NCBI GenBank assembly: GCA_963796105.1
Contig: CAWCKJ010000012.1
Span: 1-64,000 of the forward strand
Length of the DNA stretch: 64,000 bases
Source of the DNA: a candidate division FCPU426 bacterium
GTDB taxonomy: Bacteria; Oederibacteriota; Muellerivitia; Muellerivitales; Muellerivitaceae
Direction of reading: 5' to 3'
Each line of letters begins with the position of its first letter. Positions within the stretch are counted from its first letter, which is position 1. Both the position numbers and the translations under genes were made by a program. This document shows positions 26,602 through 36,467 of this stretch, in pieces. The notes beneath the pieces are model-generated. The model saw only the letters and a list, made by a program, of their open reading frames with translations, ran no database searches and had not been told where the DNA came from.

Positions 26602-29373
26602 TTATTTCGTCATAAAAACCACGTTCCGCACCTTGAATTGCCCGCGCCCCTGGCTTCCACTTAATCGGAAATTCACGGTGCAGATCGCCTGCAAATCCAA
26701 GATGTTGTTGCCTTTTTGGTTTCCATAAAATATATCGGGCTTTAGGTCTGCTAAATCCGCGTGGTATTTTTTCCACCGGCCCGCTCCTACAAAACCAGGG
26801 AAAAGATATAATTCCCCATCCGATCCGTTGATGCCTGGAAATTTATCATTCGTCATGGGGCCTTCGCCAGATTCAGCTAACGAGAATTCAAACAGCAACC
26901 CCTTAGGGGCAAAAGCCTCGAATTCGAAGGAATCATAACCCCTTAAATCCACAAGGGACACGTCGCCATCTTTGATAAGAGGGCCCACATTGGGTTCCAA
27001 TCCGAAACCACAGCCCCAGTAATCCCCCGTGTCATAGTCAAGTACAACCGTATCATCCCCTTCAACACTCCCCTCTTGGGATGGGCCCGATGTAAAAACG
27101 GGAATGACCTTCACCCCTTTTGGGTCATAAATCCTTCTCACGGGATCGACTTTCATTCCAAGATCTGCTTTCCGGTAGCTCAAATTACGGATTAGAAACC
27201 CATAGGCATGGTAATCCGGATGTTCACCGACAATTGAAATCATGTTCCGATAAATTTGCATGGCCTCTTTCTTGTTTTCATCAATCCTTCCGTAGAATTT
27301 GTCCAATCCCGGACCCAAACTGGGGTCTTTTTTGCACTCGATCAGCAAGGGATACACAAAGTGGGCTAAGCCAGTGGAAAATTCGGCTTCATGGATGGTG
27401 GAAAAGATCAGGTCAAAAAATTCATCCCACCGTTTCTGGGACCGGAGAACCTTCAATTTGGTGATCACCAGCTCGTCCCCCAATGGATCCGTCTTAGGGT
27501 TTTTCATGATCAAACTGTCCAGGTAACCCAGGGCTTTTTCCAACGTCGCCCGGGATGGGTGGCCGTAAACATCGTAAATTTTCCCGTAAAGGACTTCGAG
27601 GGCATCGTTCCTGTAATAATTGGCCTTATCCTCGATGATCACCCGCGCCCCTTCTTCCGCCTGCGACTGGTCCCTCAGATTTTCCACGAGGTTCAATAAC
27701 AGATAGTATTTCGCTTTGGGAACTTCCGAATGTCCCGATTGTTTTTGGATAAGCTCTCGGAAATAACGGTCCGATTCCCGCGCCGCTTGGGGCCTTCCCT
27801 TCTCCCCGGCCAACTTATAAAAAAGGTATCCCAAGTCGAACCTGGCGTAACCTGTATAGGGGTTGTCCGGATAGTTCTCGACGATCTCCTTGTACATGCG
27901 GATGGCCTCATCCGGCTTCTTGAGGTCCAGATAAACCATGGCTTTGCGATACAAGAACCGGCATTTGGAATCATTGTCCAGAACCCGTTGGATGAGATCG
28001 TCATAGAGCTTCAAAGCCAAGTCGTAATTTCCCTTCATCCGATAGGAATCTGCGGCGGTGATCATGTCCAAGTCCCGATTCTCTTTTTTGAGGTAGATTT
28101 CGATTTTCGAGACCCCAATATTGTAGCCGCCTATCCCAAAACAGATTTTGCCAGCCTTGTCCAAATCCAAATTCCGCGCCAATTCCTGCGCCTTTGTTCC
28201 CTGCCCCTCGTATTGGATCAGGTCATTGTCGTAAGTGACCTCAGTGGTATATTCCCGGGTCCCGATTGGAAATAAGAGGTTCTCCAGAAGGCCGTCGCTC
28301 CTGGTTCCATCCTTTGAAATGTGGCCCAGGGAAAGTTTCATCCGCTTTCGTTTCGGCGTATATTCCTGGAAAACCGTGATCCCGTTCCACGAAGGGTGAG
28401 GTGCCAAAGGCGATTGGGTTGTTGCCCTTGGGTCCTTCTTGATTTCCAATTTATGCGGGGCGGTCAAGAGCAAATAACCGTCGTTATCGCTCGTCACGCG
28501 GGATATGATCCGAACGCGAAAGGGCTGGTCCGGAATTTCTTTTTTAGTGTATATAAAGCTGCTAAAAACAGACGTCGTATCCGTAAATGAGAGTTCTTTT
28601 ATAACCGGGTGATAATCTTCAAACACACCGCCTGGAATATTCCAATTCTCTTTAAGCTTTATCATTTCCGGTTGATACTCGGAAGTAATATCCTCGGATA
28701 GGTACAGGTACCATTGTTTCCCCTCCTGCCATTTTGCGTATTGGGGATAGCCCCAGAAATAACCCAATCCCAGCAGGAGCAAGCATCCGGAAATAATTCC
28801 CAAGACCTTCAGAGGAACCCTTTTCCAAAAGGACTTGGGGGCGCCGGTTAGGGCTTCCATGACGATCTGGTAGATTTCGATCCTCTGGGTGATGTTCTTG
28901 AGTTCCCGGAGGCCCAGCTTCGTGACCTCGATCTCAACTTTTCCCTTGAGATGGTGGTAAACCTCCCGGGATATGCAGATGCCGCCCGGCTCCGCCAGGG
29001 GCTGGAGGCGCGCCGCCACGTTCACCCCGTCCCCAAAAATATCGTTGCCGGAAACGACGATGTCCCCCACGTGGATGCCGATGCGCACGTAGCGTTTTAG
29101 GGGCTGGTTTCGGTTGTACTCATGGAGGCGTTTCTGGATGGCCAGGGCGCAGCGCGTCGCGTTGACGGCGCTGCTGAATTCCACCAAAAAGGCGTCGCCG
29201 ATCCTCTGGATCTCACGTCCGTCGTTGTTTTCGATTTCCTGCCGGACAATGTCGTTGTGGATATGAAGAAAGGCTAATGTGCCCGCCTCATCCTCGCCCA
29301 TCATCTTGCTGTAGCCCACGATATCCGTGAACATGATGGCGGCGAGTTTTCGGGAAATGGCGGATTCGGTCAT
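26602..29373 (-). CDS. Class III nucleotide cyclase with TM helix and large extracytoplasmic TPR / beta-sandwich region
   Basis: AAIMFTDIVGYS, IGDAF, RIGIHVGD, DIFGDGVNVAARLQ; TM near aa 192-212; TPRs. Confidence 0.9.
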   Translation of the reverse strand: MTESAISRKLAAIMFTDIVGYSKMMGEDEAGTLAFLHIHNDIVRQEIENNDGREIQRIGDAFLVEFSSAVNATRCALAIQKRLHEYNRNQPLKRYVRIGIHVGDIVVSGNDIFGDGVNVAARLQPLAEPGGICISREVYHHLKGKVEIEVTKLGLRELKNITQRIEIYQIVMEALTGAPKSFWKRVPLKVLGIISGCLLLLGLGYFWGYPQYAKWQEGKQWYLYLSEDITSEYQPEMIKLKENWNIPGGVFEDYHPVIKELSFTDTTSVFSSFIYTKKEIPDQPFRVRIISRVTSDNDGYLLLTAPHKLEIKKDPRATTQSPLAPHPSWNGITVFQEYTPKRKRMKLSLGHISKDGTRSDGLLENLLFPIGTREYTTEVTYDNDLIQYEGQGTKAQELARNLDLDKAGKICFGIGGYNIGVSKIEIYLKKENRDLDMITAADSYRMKGNYDLALKLYDDLIQRVLDNDSKCRFLYRKAMVYLDLKKPDEAIRMYKEIVENYPDNPYTGYARFDLGYLFYKLAGEKGRPQAARESDRYFRELIQKQSGHSEVPKAKYYLLLNLVENLRDQSQAEEGARVIIEDKANYYRNDALEVLYGKIYDVYGHPSRATLEKALGYLDSLIMKNPKTDPLGDELVITKLKVLRSQKRWDEFFDLIFSTIHEAEFSTGLAHFVYPLLIECKKDPSLGPGLDKFYGRIDENKKEAMQIYRNMISIVGEHPDYHAYGFLIRNLSYRKADLGMKVDPVRRIYDPKGVKVIPVFTSGPSQEGSVEGDDTVVLDYDTGDYWGCGFGLEPNVGPLIKDGDVSLVDLRGYDSFEFEAFAPKGLLFEFSLAESGEGPMTNDKFPGINGSDGELYLFPGFVGAGRWKKYHADLADLKPDIFYGNQKGNNILDLQAICTVNFRLSGSQGRGQFKVRNVVFMTK

Positions 29374-29574
29374 GAGGCCCTTCAAGATTCAGATGAAATA
29401 TGGGGTCATTATAGTTCAAGGTTGGGAAGGGTGGCTTCTTATTTGTCGAGCCACTTCGTCCCAGGTATGAATCTTGCCTGATTAGGGTCTGTTGTTTGTG
29501 TTTTATGTTCAGGTTTGATTATCGCGACTCGAAAATCCTCATCAATTTATCATTTAAAATCTTAAATTGCCCTC

Positions 29575-31215
29575 TTATGGTTTAACGGAATATTTTTGCT
29601 GATCCTTTGGAACGTACCATTGTTCCGGATGCAGCGTGACGCCGTTAGGATTCATATGATAACCCTTGAACCTTTTGTGCATGACGATGATGCCTTTGGG
29701 GTTATAGAGGAAGGTAAAGGGCTGATCCTCGTTGAGGATGGAATGTAATTTCCAATAGATCTTCTGGCGATTCCGAGGATCGAAGGTTTCGCGCCCCTCT
29801 TCCAGAAGCCGGTCAGCTTGCTTGTTGCTGTAGCTGACGAAGTTGAATCCCTTGCTCATCTGGCTGGAATGAAAATTCTGGTAGTTATCCGCAGGGTCCG
29901 GGTCCATGAACCAGACCCCGATATAGGCGTCAAACTTCCGTGTTTCTAAAAATTGGGACCAATAGGTGCCAAATTCGTAAACCTGCACGTCAATCCGGAT
30001 GCCCAGTTGTTTCAACTCTTGTTGCATGATCGTAGCCGCCCTTTCGTCATCGACGTTTCCCTGGCTGATCAAAAGGGTGAATTTGAACGGCGTATCCTTG
30101 CCGGAAATGATCTTATGCAGAAACCCATCCAGGCCAGGCTTCCAGCCAGATTCCTTGAGGTATTCCTTCGCTTTTGCCGGATCGAAGGGCCAGGGCTTGA
30201 TGGCCAGGTTATTCGCCCAGGTATGGAAAGGACCGGTGGATATAGCCCCCTGCCCGAAAAGGGCGTTTTGGATAATGGCATTACGGTCAATGGCCATCGT
30301 CAGGACCTGCCGGACCTTCTTGTCTTTGAACAACGGGTTCTTCAGATTCCAGCCAACATATTTAAAGGCCAATAAATCCGTTTTATATGCATTGTAATAA
30401 TCCTTGAACTTGTGGTTATCCGTGTCTTTTACATATTCTTCCGCGCTTATCCCCGTCCCAAACCAGGGCCCAATGGCGTCGATCTCACCGTTCAGGAGTT
30501 CCATGAATTTTGTCGATTCATCGGGGATGATTCTCATGACGAACCTTTGGATATGGGGCTTCCCTTCCCAGTAATCAGGATTGGCTTCAAAAACAATCTG
30601 ATGGTCGGTTTTCCATTCCACGAGCTTGTAGGGGCCGGTGCCGATGGGATGACGGCCAAAGTCCGACTTGTTGATGTCTTGGCCTTCCAATAAATGTTTA
30701 GGAAGAATGTAATCGAAGGTCTGGCTCAGGGCCGGAGGATAGGGTTTTTCATAGTTCACCCGGACCTTATAGGGGTTCAGGATTTCGACGTTTTTGATTT
30801 CCTCGTAGTAGCACCCCCGGGGGGTATTCACTTTCGGGTCGGAATAAACCTTGTAAGTGAAAAGCACATCCGCCGCTGTGAACTCCACCCCATCCTGGAA
30901 TTTGACGCCCTTGCGCAGGTAATAGGTAATGACCTTGCCATCCTTGGAAATGGTCCATTTTTCCGCGAGGCAGGGTACGGGATCCCAATTTTCATTTAAA
31001 CGGGTCAGCCCGTTGAACATCAAACAATCGAGACCATAGCCTACCTCTTCCCCCAACAGGGGCGGCATTAAATTGCCCGGGTCCGCGCCGATGGCTTCGA
31101 CAAGCATGTCCCCGTCCGCCACAGGGCCGTCCTGGATATAGATTTCGGGGTCTTTCTTCCCGCAGCTGGCAAGCAGGAACAAAGCCAGAATAAAAAATAT
31201 TGATTTGCGTATCAT
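29575..31215 (-). CDS. Family-5 peptide-binding lipoprotein, copy 2
   Basis: Lipobox LLASC; co-linear with and highly similar to copy 1; same RBS context. Confidence 0.93.
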   Translation of the reverse strand: MIRKSIFFILALFLLASCGKKDPEIYIQDGPVADGDMLVEAIGADPGNLMPPLLGEEVGYGLDCLMFNGLTRLNENWDPVPCLAEKWTISKDGKVITYYLRKGVKFQDGVEFTAADVLFTYKVYSDPKVNTPRGCYYEEIKNVEILNPYKVRVNYEKPYPPALSQTFDYILPKHLLEGQDINKSDFGRHPIGTGPYKLVEWKTDHQIVFEANPDYWEGKPHIQRFVMRIIPDESTKFMELLNGEIDAIGPWFGTGISAEEYVKDTDNHKFKDYYNAYKTDLLAFKYVGWNLKNPLFKDKKVRQVLTMAIDRNAIIQNALFGQGAISTGPFHTWANNLAIKPWPFDPAKAKEYLKESGWKPGLDGFLHKIISGKDTPFKFTLLISQGNVDDERAATIMQQELKQLGIRIDVQVYEFGTYWSQFLETRKFDAYIGVWFMDPDPADNYQNFHSSQMSKGFNFVSYSNKQADRLLEEGRETFDPRNRQKIYWKLHSILNEDQPFTFLYNPKGIIVMHKRFKGYHMNPNGVTLHPEQWYVPKDQQKYSVKP

Positions 31216-31290
31216 GAAATCCACCTTTCACTTTTCAAGTTAGTATCGCCATTATTGTCTTCTAAGGTTACCTCCACGGATCATTTACGC

Positions 31291-31707
31291 TTAAGGTTTT
31301 GTAAAATACCGCGGCAATAAAACACCGGGCGGCAGAATCTCAAAGGGGTATCGTCCGTTCAGCGCGGTCAAATGAACATCCCCGCTGACCAAGACCTCCG
31401 CCTTGCCCGCGAGAGCGGCCCTCAAGAAAAGCCCGTCGCTTTTATCCGTAGGAAGTTGAGGCAATTTACCCCGGAATTCCCCGGTTTTCTCGATCCAAGG
31501 CAATAGGTTTTCTTCTAGGATTTCCGCGATGGCTTCGGGCTCGTAGCCGAATTTCGGGTAATGAAGGACCCTGACATATTCATCAAGAATGGCCTGTGAG
31601 GCGAGGAGTTTGATTTTAAAGGCGCGCCATAGTTCGTAAATTCGACGGGTGGGACCCTGATGAAGAAGCGCCGAAATGACGACATTCGTATCGAGGACAA
31701 CCTTCAT
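31291..31707 (-). CDS. PIN-domain toxin (VapC-like)
   Basis: MKVVLDTNVVISALL...EY...D..D..FL..A...LVSGD..L; 4-nt overlap with the antitoxin. Confidence 0.9.
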   Translation of the reverse strand: MKVVLDTNVVISALLHQGPTRRIYELWRAFKIKLLASQAILDEYVRVLHYPKFGYEPEAIAEILEENLLPWIEKTGEFRGKLPQLPTDKSDGLFLRAALAGKAEVLVSGDVHLTALNGRYPFEILPPGVLLPRYFTKP

Positions 31708-31946
31708 TTCTTGGCTTGTTTACGCGCCCACTTGACCGCCTGGGCGATGGTGTCCTCGTCGAAACCCTTTTCCTTGAATTTCTTCCTGGCATTTTCAAGG
31801 ACTTGGGAGGCGACGTGGACCTTCGCGGGCCTCAAAAGGAGCCCCTCGGGGACAACCTCCACATCGTAATAAGCCGCGCCCTCAAAGGCCATCACTGCGG
31901 ACTTGGGAAGGGTGATTTGATTCTTGGATGTCAATTTGGCGAGCAT
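31704..31946 (-). CDS. AbrB/MazE/SpoVT-family antitoxin
   Basis: MLAKLTSKNQITLPK...GLLLRP. Confidence 0.9.
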   Translation of the reverse strand: MLAKLTSKNQITLPKSAVMAFEGAAYYDVEVVPEGLLLRPAKVHVASQVLENARKKFKEKGFDEDTIAQAVKWARKQAKK

Positions 31947-31958
31947 GGCCTCTCCTTT

Positions 31959-31994
31959 GGAGGTAAGGCTATCTTACTTCCTTACTTTCGTCAA
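31959..31994 (-). promoter_or_regulatory. TA operon promoter with an overlapping inverted-repeat operator
   Basis: Minus strand TTGACG-N17-TAGCCT; inverted repeat GGAGGTAAG-N5-CTTACTTCC spans the -10. Confidence 0.65.
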
Positions 31995-32010
31995 GATTCG
32001 CCGCCGCACT

Positions 32011-32216
32011 TCATTGCGAGAAACGAACTTTGTGGCAGGCTTGAAGTAGTTTGCCTGAATTTCAGGCAAACCATACTTGGCTCTACGGGCCAACGCACAA
32101 CCACAGGTCATGAGTGGTTTAAAGTTGTGGATTTTGATTCGGACAAAACTTGTTATTTAAACTGGGGTTGCTTCGTCATAACCGCCCCGCTATTCGCGGG
32201 GCATTTCTCGCAATGA
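32011..32216. mobile_element. MITE/REP-like element with 13-bp terminal inverted repeats
   Basis: TCATTGCGAGAAA ... TTTCTCGCAATGA; internal TTGCTTCG and GCCCCGC/GCGGGGC hairpin; no convincing coding content. Confidence 0.55.
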
Positions 32217-32293
32217 CGAATTAGACGATTTACGCGGATTTTGAATTTCGCCTAATTTAAAAGGTTTTCCAATATTTGACGATGTCTAACTTT

Positions 32294-34192
32294 TTATTTT
32301 AGATTAGGTTCAGCCCCGAGGGATTTCAGGTATTGACTGGTTTGATTGTCAGCTGGATTGACCTGGTGCGCTTTTTGCCAGGCGGTAACGGCCTCCGCCT
32401 TGCGGCCCAACTTCACGTCGCAGACCCCCAAATCCAGAAGGGCCTGGAAATCAAAGGGGTTGAAAGCCACGCATTGCTCAAACGCCTTGGCGGATTCCTC
32501 GAACTTCCCAGTCTGGAAATACCCCACCGCCAAGGGGAAATACAAGGCGTAATAATTGGGCACGAGTTCTATTCCCTTTTTGGCGCTGTCCAAACCCAGG
32601 TCGAAATGTCCCAGCCCAATTTGCAAATCAGCCGAAGCCCAATCGTTCTCCACGTAGTTGGGATTGAGATCAAGGGATTTCCGATAGGCCTCCAGAGCCT
32701 TTTCCCTTTGTCCCGCTAAATCCAGGGCCTTTCCAAAGGCGTTCCAGGCCTTGGGGTTCAGGGGCGAAAGCCCGGTCAGCCTCGTCCCGAAATAAAAAGC
32801 GTTGTTCCCTTTGCCCAAGTTCGTCTCCCCGACCGTGTCCCGGAAGGCGATGGAAGCCCCCAACGCGCGCAGGGTGATGATTCCCACAACCAGGGGAGCC
32901 AAGATCAATGCCGCCTTGAGGGAGCCTGGAATTTTCCCAGCCGCTGACGGAACCATTCCCCTTTTGAGGGCCAATGGCGCCGCCAACAATAATCCAAAAA
33001 GGATCGCCGTGGGGGCCACCTGAAGCGGGAAATTACTGAGTGACTGGACCAAGAGAGCCACTACCCCCCCCGCTATTCCGATCGAAATTTCCCTGTCCTC
33101 CTGTTTGGTTTCAGGGTTAAGCAGAAACTTGATCAGGGACCAAACGAAAGCAGTAAGCAAGCCCAGGAACAGGAGAAACCCCGGGAGTCCCCCCTCCACC
33201 CAGAACTGGAGGAACTCGTTGTGAATATGCTCCGTGTAAATATAAGGATGGCTCGGATACTCCGCCGGTGTGTAAGGCTTGAACTGATACCGGGGATATT
33301 GGATCCCCACCTGTCCCAATCCGATTCCCATCCAGGGATTTTCCTTGATTATTTCCCAAGCCACTTTATAAGTTTCCAATCGCTGTTGGACTGAGGCCTG
33401 CGAGGGGCTGAATACCGCCCAGCCGCCATGACGGTGCAGGTAAGCGCCGGCCCCAGCCACGAGGATCCCCAGCGACATCACAATGAATACAGCGTTTCGC
33501 TTGAATAGGGACCGCCCCCAGGGGAGAAGAAAAGAAAAAGCCATGAAAAGGGCCGAGGCGCCCAATGCCAAATAGGCCCCCCGCGCCCGCGTCAGCATGA
33601 GAGCGGCGAAGACCGCGAAAGTCAGGGCCCGGAAGAGGAGCCAGCGTTCCCGAAATGGCGTCCTTAAGGTTAGGATAAAGGCGAGGGGAAGAAGACCCGA
33701 CAGGTAGCCTCCCAGGTAATCTGGGTTGCCCAGTGTGGCGAAAGCCCTCTGCTCAAATTTCGTGTCCCAATGGGATCGGTCGAGACCCAGGCTCTGGGCG
33801 ATCCCGTAAAGGGCCAAGATTCCGCCCGCCAAAAGGGCAAGGTGGATCAGTTTCATGTAGGAGGCTCCCCTGGAACAGGCGTAAACCACCGCGAGAAGAG
33901 TTCCTACCATAAGGATGAGGTGGACTGAGCCTTTCAAGACTTCCATTTTCAATAGACCCACCATGAGGGAATCCCCCACCATCCAGGCCAGAAACAATAT
34001 CGCCCATTGGACCAATGAGAGCTTGAGAAGACCTCGTCCCTGTGCCGTGATCAAGACGGCAAAAAAAGACAAAACGAGCAGGGCTGGGACTTCCTTGGTC
34101 AAGGTGAAGGCGTCCGCAGCGCGGTAAAAGAAAGCCAGCGGTACCCAGGCAAACAGGATTCCCAGGAATATTTGATGGACCTTTTCAACCAT
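32294..34192 (-). CDS. O-antigen ligase (Wzy_C)-family membrane protein with C-terminal TPRs
   Basis: ATLGNPDYLGGYL, LTRARGA, PWMGIGLG, HIHNEFLQFWVEGG; TPRs. Confidence 0.88.
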   Translation of the reverse strand: MVEKVHQIFLGILFAWVPLAFFYRAADAFTLTKEVPALLVLSFFAVLITAQGRGLLKLSLVQWAILFLAWMVGDSLMVGLLKMEVLKGSVHLILMVGTLLAVVYACSRGASYMKLIHLALLAGGILALYGIAQSLGLDRSHWDTKFEQRAFATLGNPDYLGGYLSGLLPLAFILTLRTPFRERWLLFRALTFAVFAALMLTRARGAYLALGASALFMAFSFLLPWGRSLFKRNAVFIVMSLGILVAGAGAYLHRHGGWAVFSPSQASVQQRLETYKVAWEIIKENPWMGIGLGQVGIQYPRYQFKPYTPAEYPSHPYIYTEHIHNEFLQFWVEGGLPGFLLFLGLLTAFVWSLIKFLLNPETKQEDREISIGIAGGVVALLVQSLSNFPLQVAPTAILFGLLLAAPLALKRGMVPSAAGKIPGSLKAALILAPLVVGIITLRALGASIAFRDTVGETNLGKGNNAFYFGTRLTGLSPLNPKAWNAFGKALDLAGQREKALEAYRKSLDLNPNYVENDWASADLQIGLGHFDLGLDSAKKGIELVPNYYALYFPLAVGYFQTGKFEESAKAFEQCVAFNPFDFQALLDLGVCDVKLGRKAEAVTAWQKAHQVNPADNQTSQYLKSLGAEPNLK

Positions 34193-36467
34193 GGAACATT
34201 TCCCCCCAATGGCGGTCGAAATCAGCCTTTTGGTTTTTCCAAAAGCCGGAAAATGGATAAAGCCTTAAAACCTGGTCCAAGCCTTCCCTCGCCTCCACCC
34301 ATTGTCTCTTACGCATGTGGCCGATGAAATCCGTCGCTGGCTTGGAAAAAAACGTGAGCAGGTCGGGAATTTCCTCCATGCTCTTATCCTTGGGTTGTTG
34401 ACGGACGCGGTAAACCGCCTGGAAGTCCCCGGAATAAACCAGGTCCGTCCTGGTTTGGATGAAGCCGTCCAATTTCTCCCACTCAGGCGTGGTCAAGTCG
34501 TAATGCCCGTAATCGGCGCTGACCCGGATGCCCTCGAAGCCGTTGACCGCGATGTCATCCACGCCCAATTCCCTCACCCTTTTGGCGATACCCTCAACAT
34601 CCTTTTCTTCCCGGGCGATTTTCGCCAGGACCTGCTCGTCGAATACCGTGTTGCTTAGGAATGACCGCTCATAGTACAGCCCCCTGGCGTCCCCCGCCAC
34701 CAACAGCCCGGCCCCTTCGGGCAGGTTCCTGTTGACCCATTGGGCCATGGGATAATAAGGCGTGATGTTCCCAGGTCCGGACAAATAATCCGCCCTGGTC
34801 TGATCCCCGTACCAGATTCCCGAGGCGGGGTAATAGTAATGGCTGATGGCTGTCAGGTTCCCGAAGCATAGAATCGCCGTTAGCCCTGAGAAAAGCGCAG
34901 CTCTTTTTCCCCACTCCGGATGGTCCCCTCCCATCAAGGCTGAGGCCAATAGAACGTATAGGAACAGGAAATCGGGGATGATGAATTTAAGGATATGGGT
35001 GATGGAGAAACCCAGCAAAAGGACCAGGGGCACAAGCCAGGCGAGGCTTTTCAAGGCGGTCGAACGGAGCCGGTAAAGGAACAGGAAAGGGGCCAGCCCC
35101 AGCGCGACGGGACCGCAGAAATTGTAGCTGTCCGGGTTGGACATCGTCAGGGTCCAGGGAAGCAGAAGCCAGGAAAGCGGATCATGGGCTGAAAGAGCGT
35201 GCTGTTCCGCCATCAGGCGCTGGTAGCCCGCCTCTAGAAGGTGGCGGCCGGGAAAATAGGACATCAGATAGGGAAAAACCGGGTTACAGGTATAGATCAA
35301 GTTTTTAACCACCCAGGGGGTAAACACTAGGGCCGACGATAGGAGGAACCACAACCAGTATTTTCCGTTGGCCGGCTTGAAGAGGGATGGTTTTCGGAAA
35401 GCCATAACCGCCAGGACGCTTGCCATAGGAAGGATTGCCGTGTATTTGGCGGACAGAGCCAGACCCGCGAAAAGACCGGATAGGACGGCATCCCTTAGGT
35501 CCAGGTTCCCATTCCGAAAGCTCCGAAACAGGGTGTAGGCGAAAAGGGCCACGGCAAGGGTCATGAAGCCCTCCACCTGGGCGGCCCAGGTGTTGACGGC
35601 GAAAAGGGGAAAGGTCAGGGTCAGGCCCAATGCCATCCACCCGGCTTTCTCCCCAGCCAGTTCCCTGGCCCACCCTCCCGCCAAAAGTGCGCAGACCCCG
35701 AAACAAACAACGTTGAGCATCTTCGCGGCCTCGGTTCCCTGCCACACCAGGGCGTTCAGAAAAAAAAGTTCCCCCCCGAAAGGATAATTGGAGAATAAAT
35801 TGGTGGAAAAATCCCGCAGGCCGTGGTTCAAAAGCCAATAGCTGGGAACCGCCAGATGATAAACCATGGAGTCATAAAAATTTTCAGGGGCAAGGTCCAG
35901 CAAGAGTGAGAAGAACCAGTAAAATAGCCCTATGCCGGTCAGAAAACGCAAGACCCAGTCCCTGGGAAGCCATTTCCAAGCGGAAACAAAATGAAAGTTT
36001 TTCCAGCCTCGAAAGAGGTCCCAGAGGGATACGGTGAACAAGGCTCCCTCCAAGTAGATCCAGACCGGCTTATACCAAAGGCGGACCAGCCCTGTACCAG
36101 CCCAAAACAGCCCCAGGAAGCAGATTCCCAGCCCGAAATTAGAGGCCAGGACAACCCAGGCATCGGAGGGTTGAAAACACAATAAACGGCGGACCCTGGC
36201 CCCCCAGGCGGTCGTCATGAGGGTGATGGCTAGTACAATCACCAGGCAAAGAATGGATTGTTCCCAAACGGCAGCCCTTTGGGTCAAGGTGGCCGGAGCC
36301 AGTGTCCTCGCGCTGAAAACTTGCGGGATGAAGTAAAGAACCCGCCCAGATACCCTAAAGTACCAGACCGCGACAAAGAGCGCCCAAGCCGAGACAAGGA
36401 TAAAAGGAATATTCCCCGAGCTGCTTTCAGCCGCAGGGCCAGCGGATTGAGAAACACTGGGACTCAT
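34185..36467 (-). CDS. GT-C-fold membrane glycosyltransferase-like protein (paralog A)
   Basis: YDSMVYHLAVP, GLALSAKYT, PWVVKNLIYTCNPVFP. Confidence 0.75.
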   Translation of the reverse strand: MSPSVSQSAGPAAESSSGNIPFILVSAWALFVAVWYFRVSGRVLYFIPQVFSARTLAPATLTQRAAVWEQSILCLVIVLAITLMTTAWGARVRRLLCFQPSDAWVVLASNFGLGICFLGLFWAGTGLVRLWYKPVWIYLEGALFTVSLWDLFRGWKNFHFVSAWKWLPRDWVLRFLTGIGLFYWFFSLLLDLAPENFYDSMVYHLAVPSYWLLNHGLRDFSTNLFSNYPFGGELFFLNALVWQGTEAAKMLNVVCFGVCALLAGGWARELAGEKAGWMALGLTLTFPLFAVNTWAAQVEGFMTLAVALFAYTLFRSFRNGNLDLRDAVLSGLFAGLALSAKYTAILPMASVLAVMAFRKPSLFKPANGKYWLWFLLSSALVFTPWVVKNLIYTCNPVFPYLMSYFPGRHLLEAGYQRLMAEQHALSAHDPLSWLLLPWTLTMSNPDSYNFCGPVALGLAPFLFLYRLRSTALKSLAWLVPLVLLLGFSITHILKFIIPDFLFLYVLLASALMGGDHPEWGKRAALFSGLTAILCFGNLTAISHYYYPASGIWYGDQTRADYLSGPGNITPYYPMAQWVNRNLPEGAGLLVAGDARGLYYERSFLSNTVFDEQVLAKIAREEKDVEGIAKRVRELGVDDIAVNGFEGIRVSADYGHYDLTTPEWEKLDGFIQTRTDLVYSGDFQAVYRVRQQPKDKSMEEIPDLLTFFSKPATDFIGHMRKRQWVEAREGLDQVLRLYPFSGFWKNQKADFDRHWGEMFHG

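Noticed and set aside
31716..32216. 166-aa plus-strand ORF
   Set aside because: Antisense to the antitoxin and runs through a promoter and an inverted-repeat element; no protein motif.
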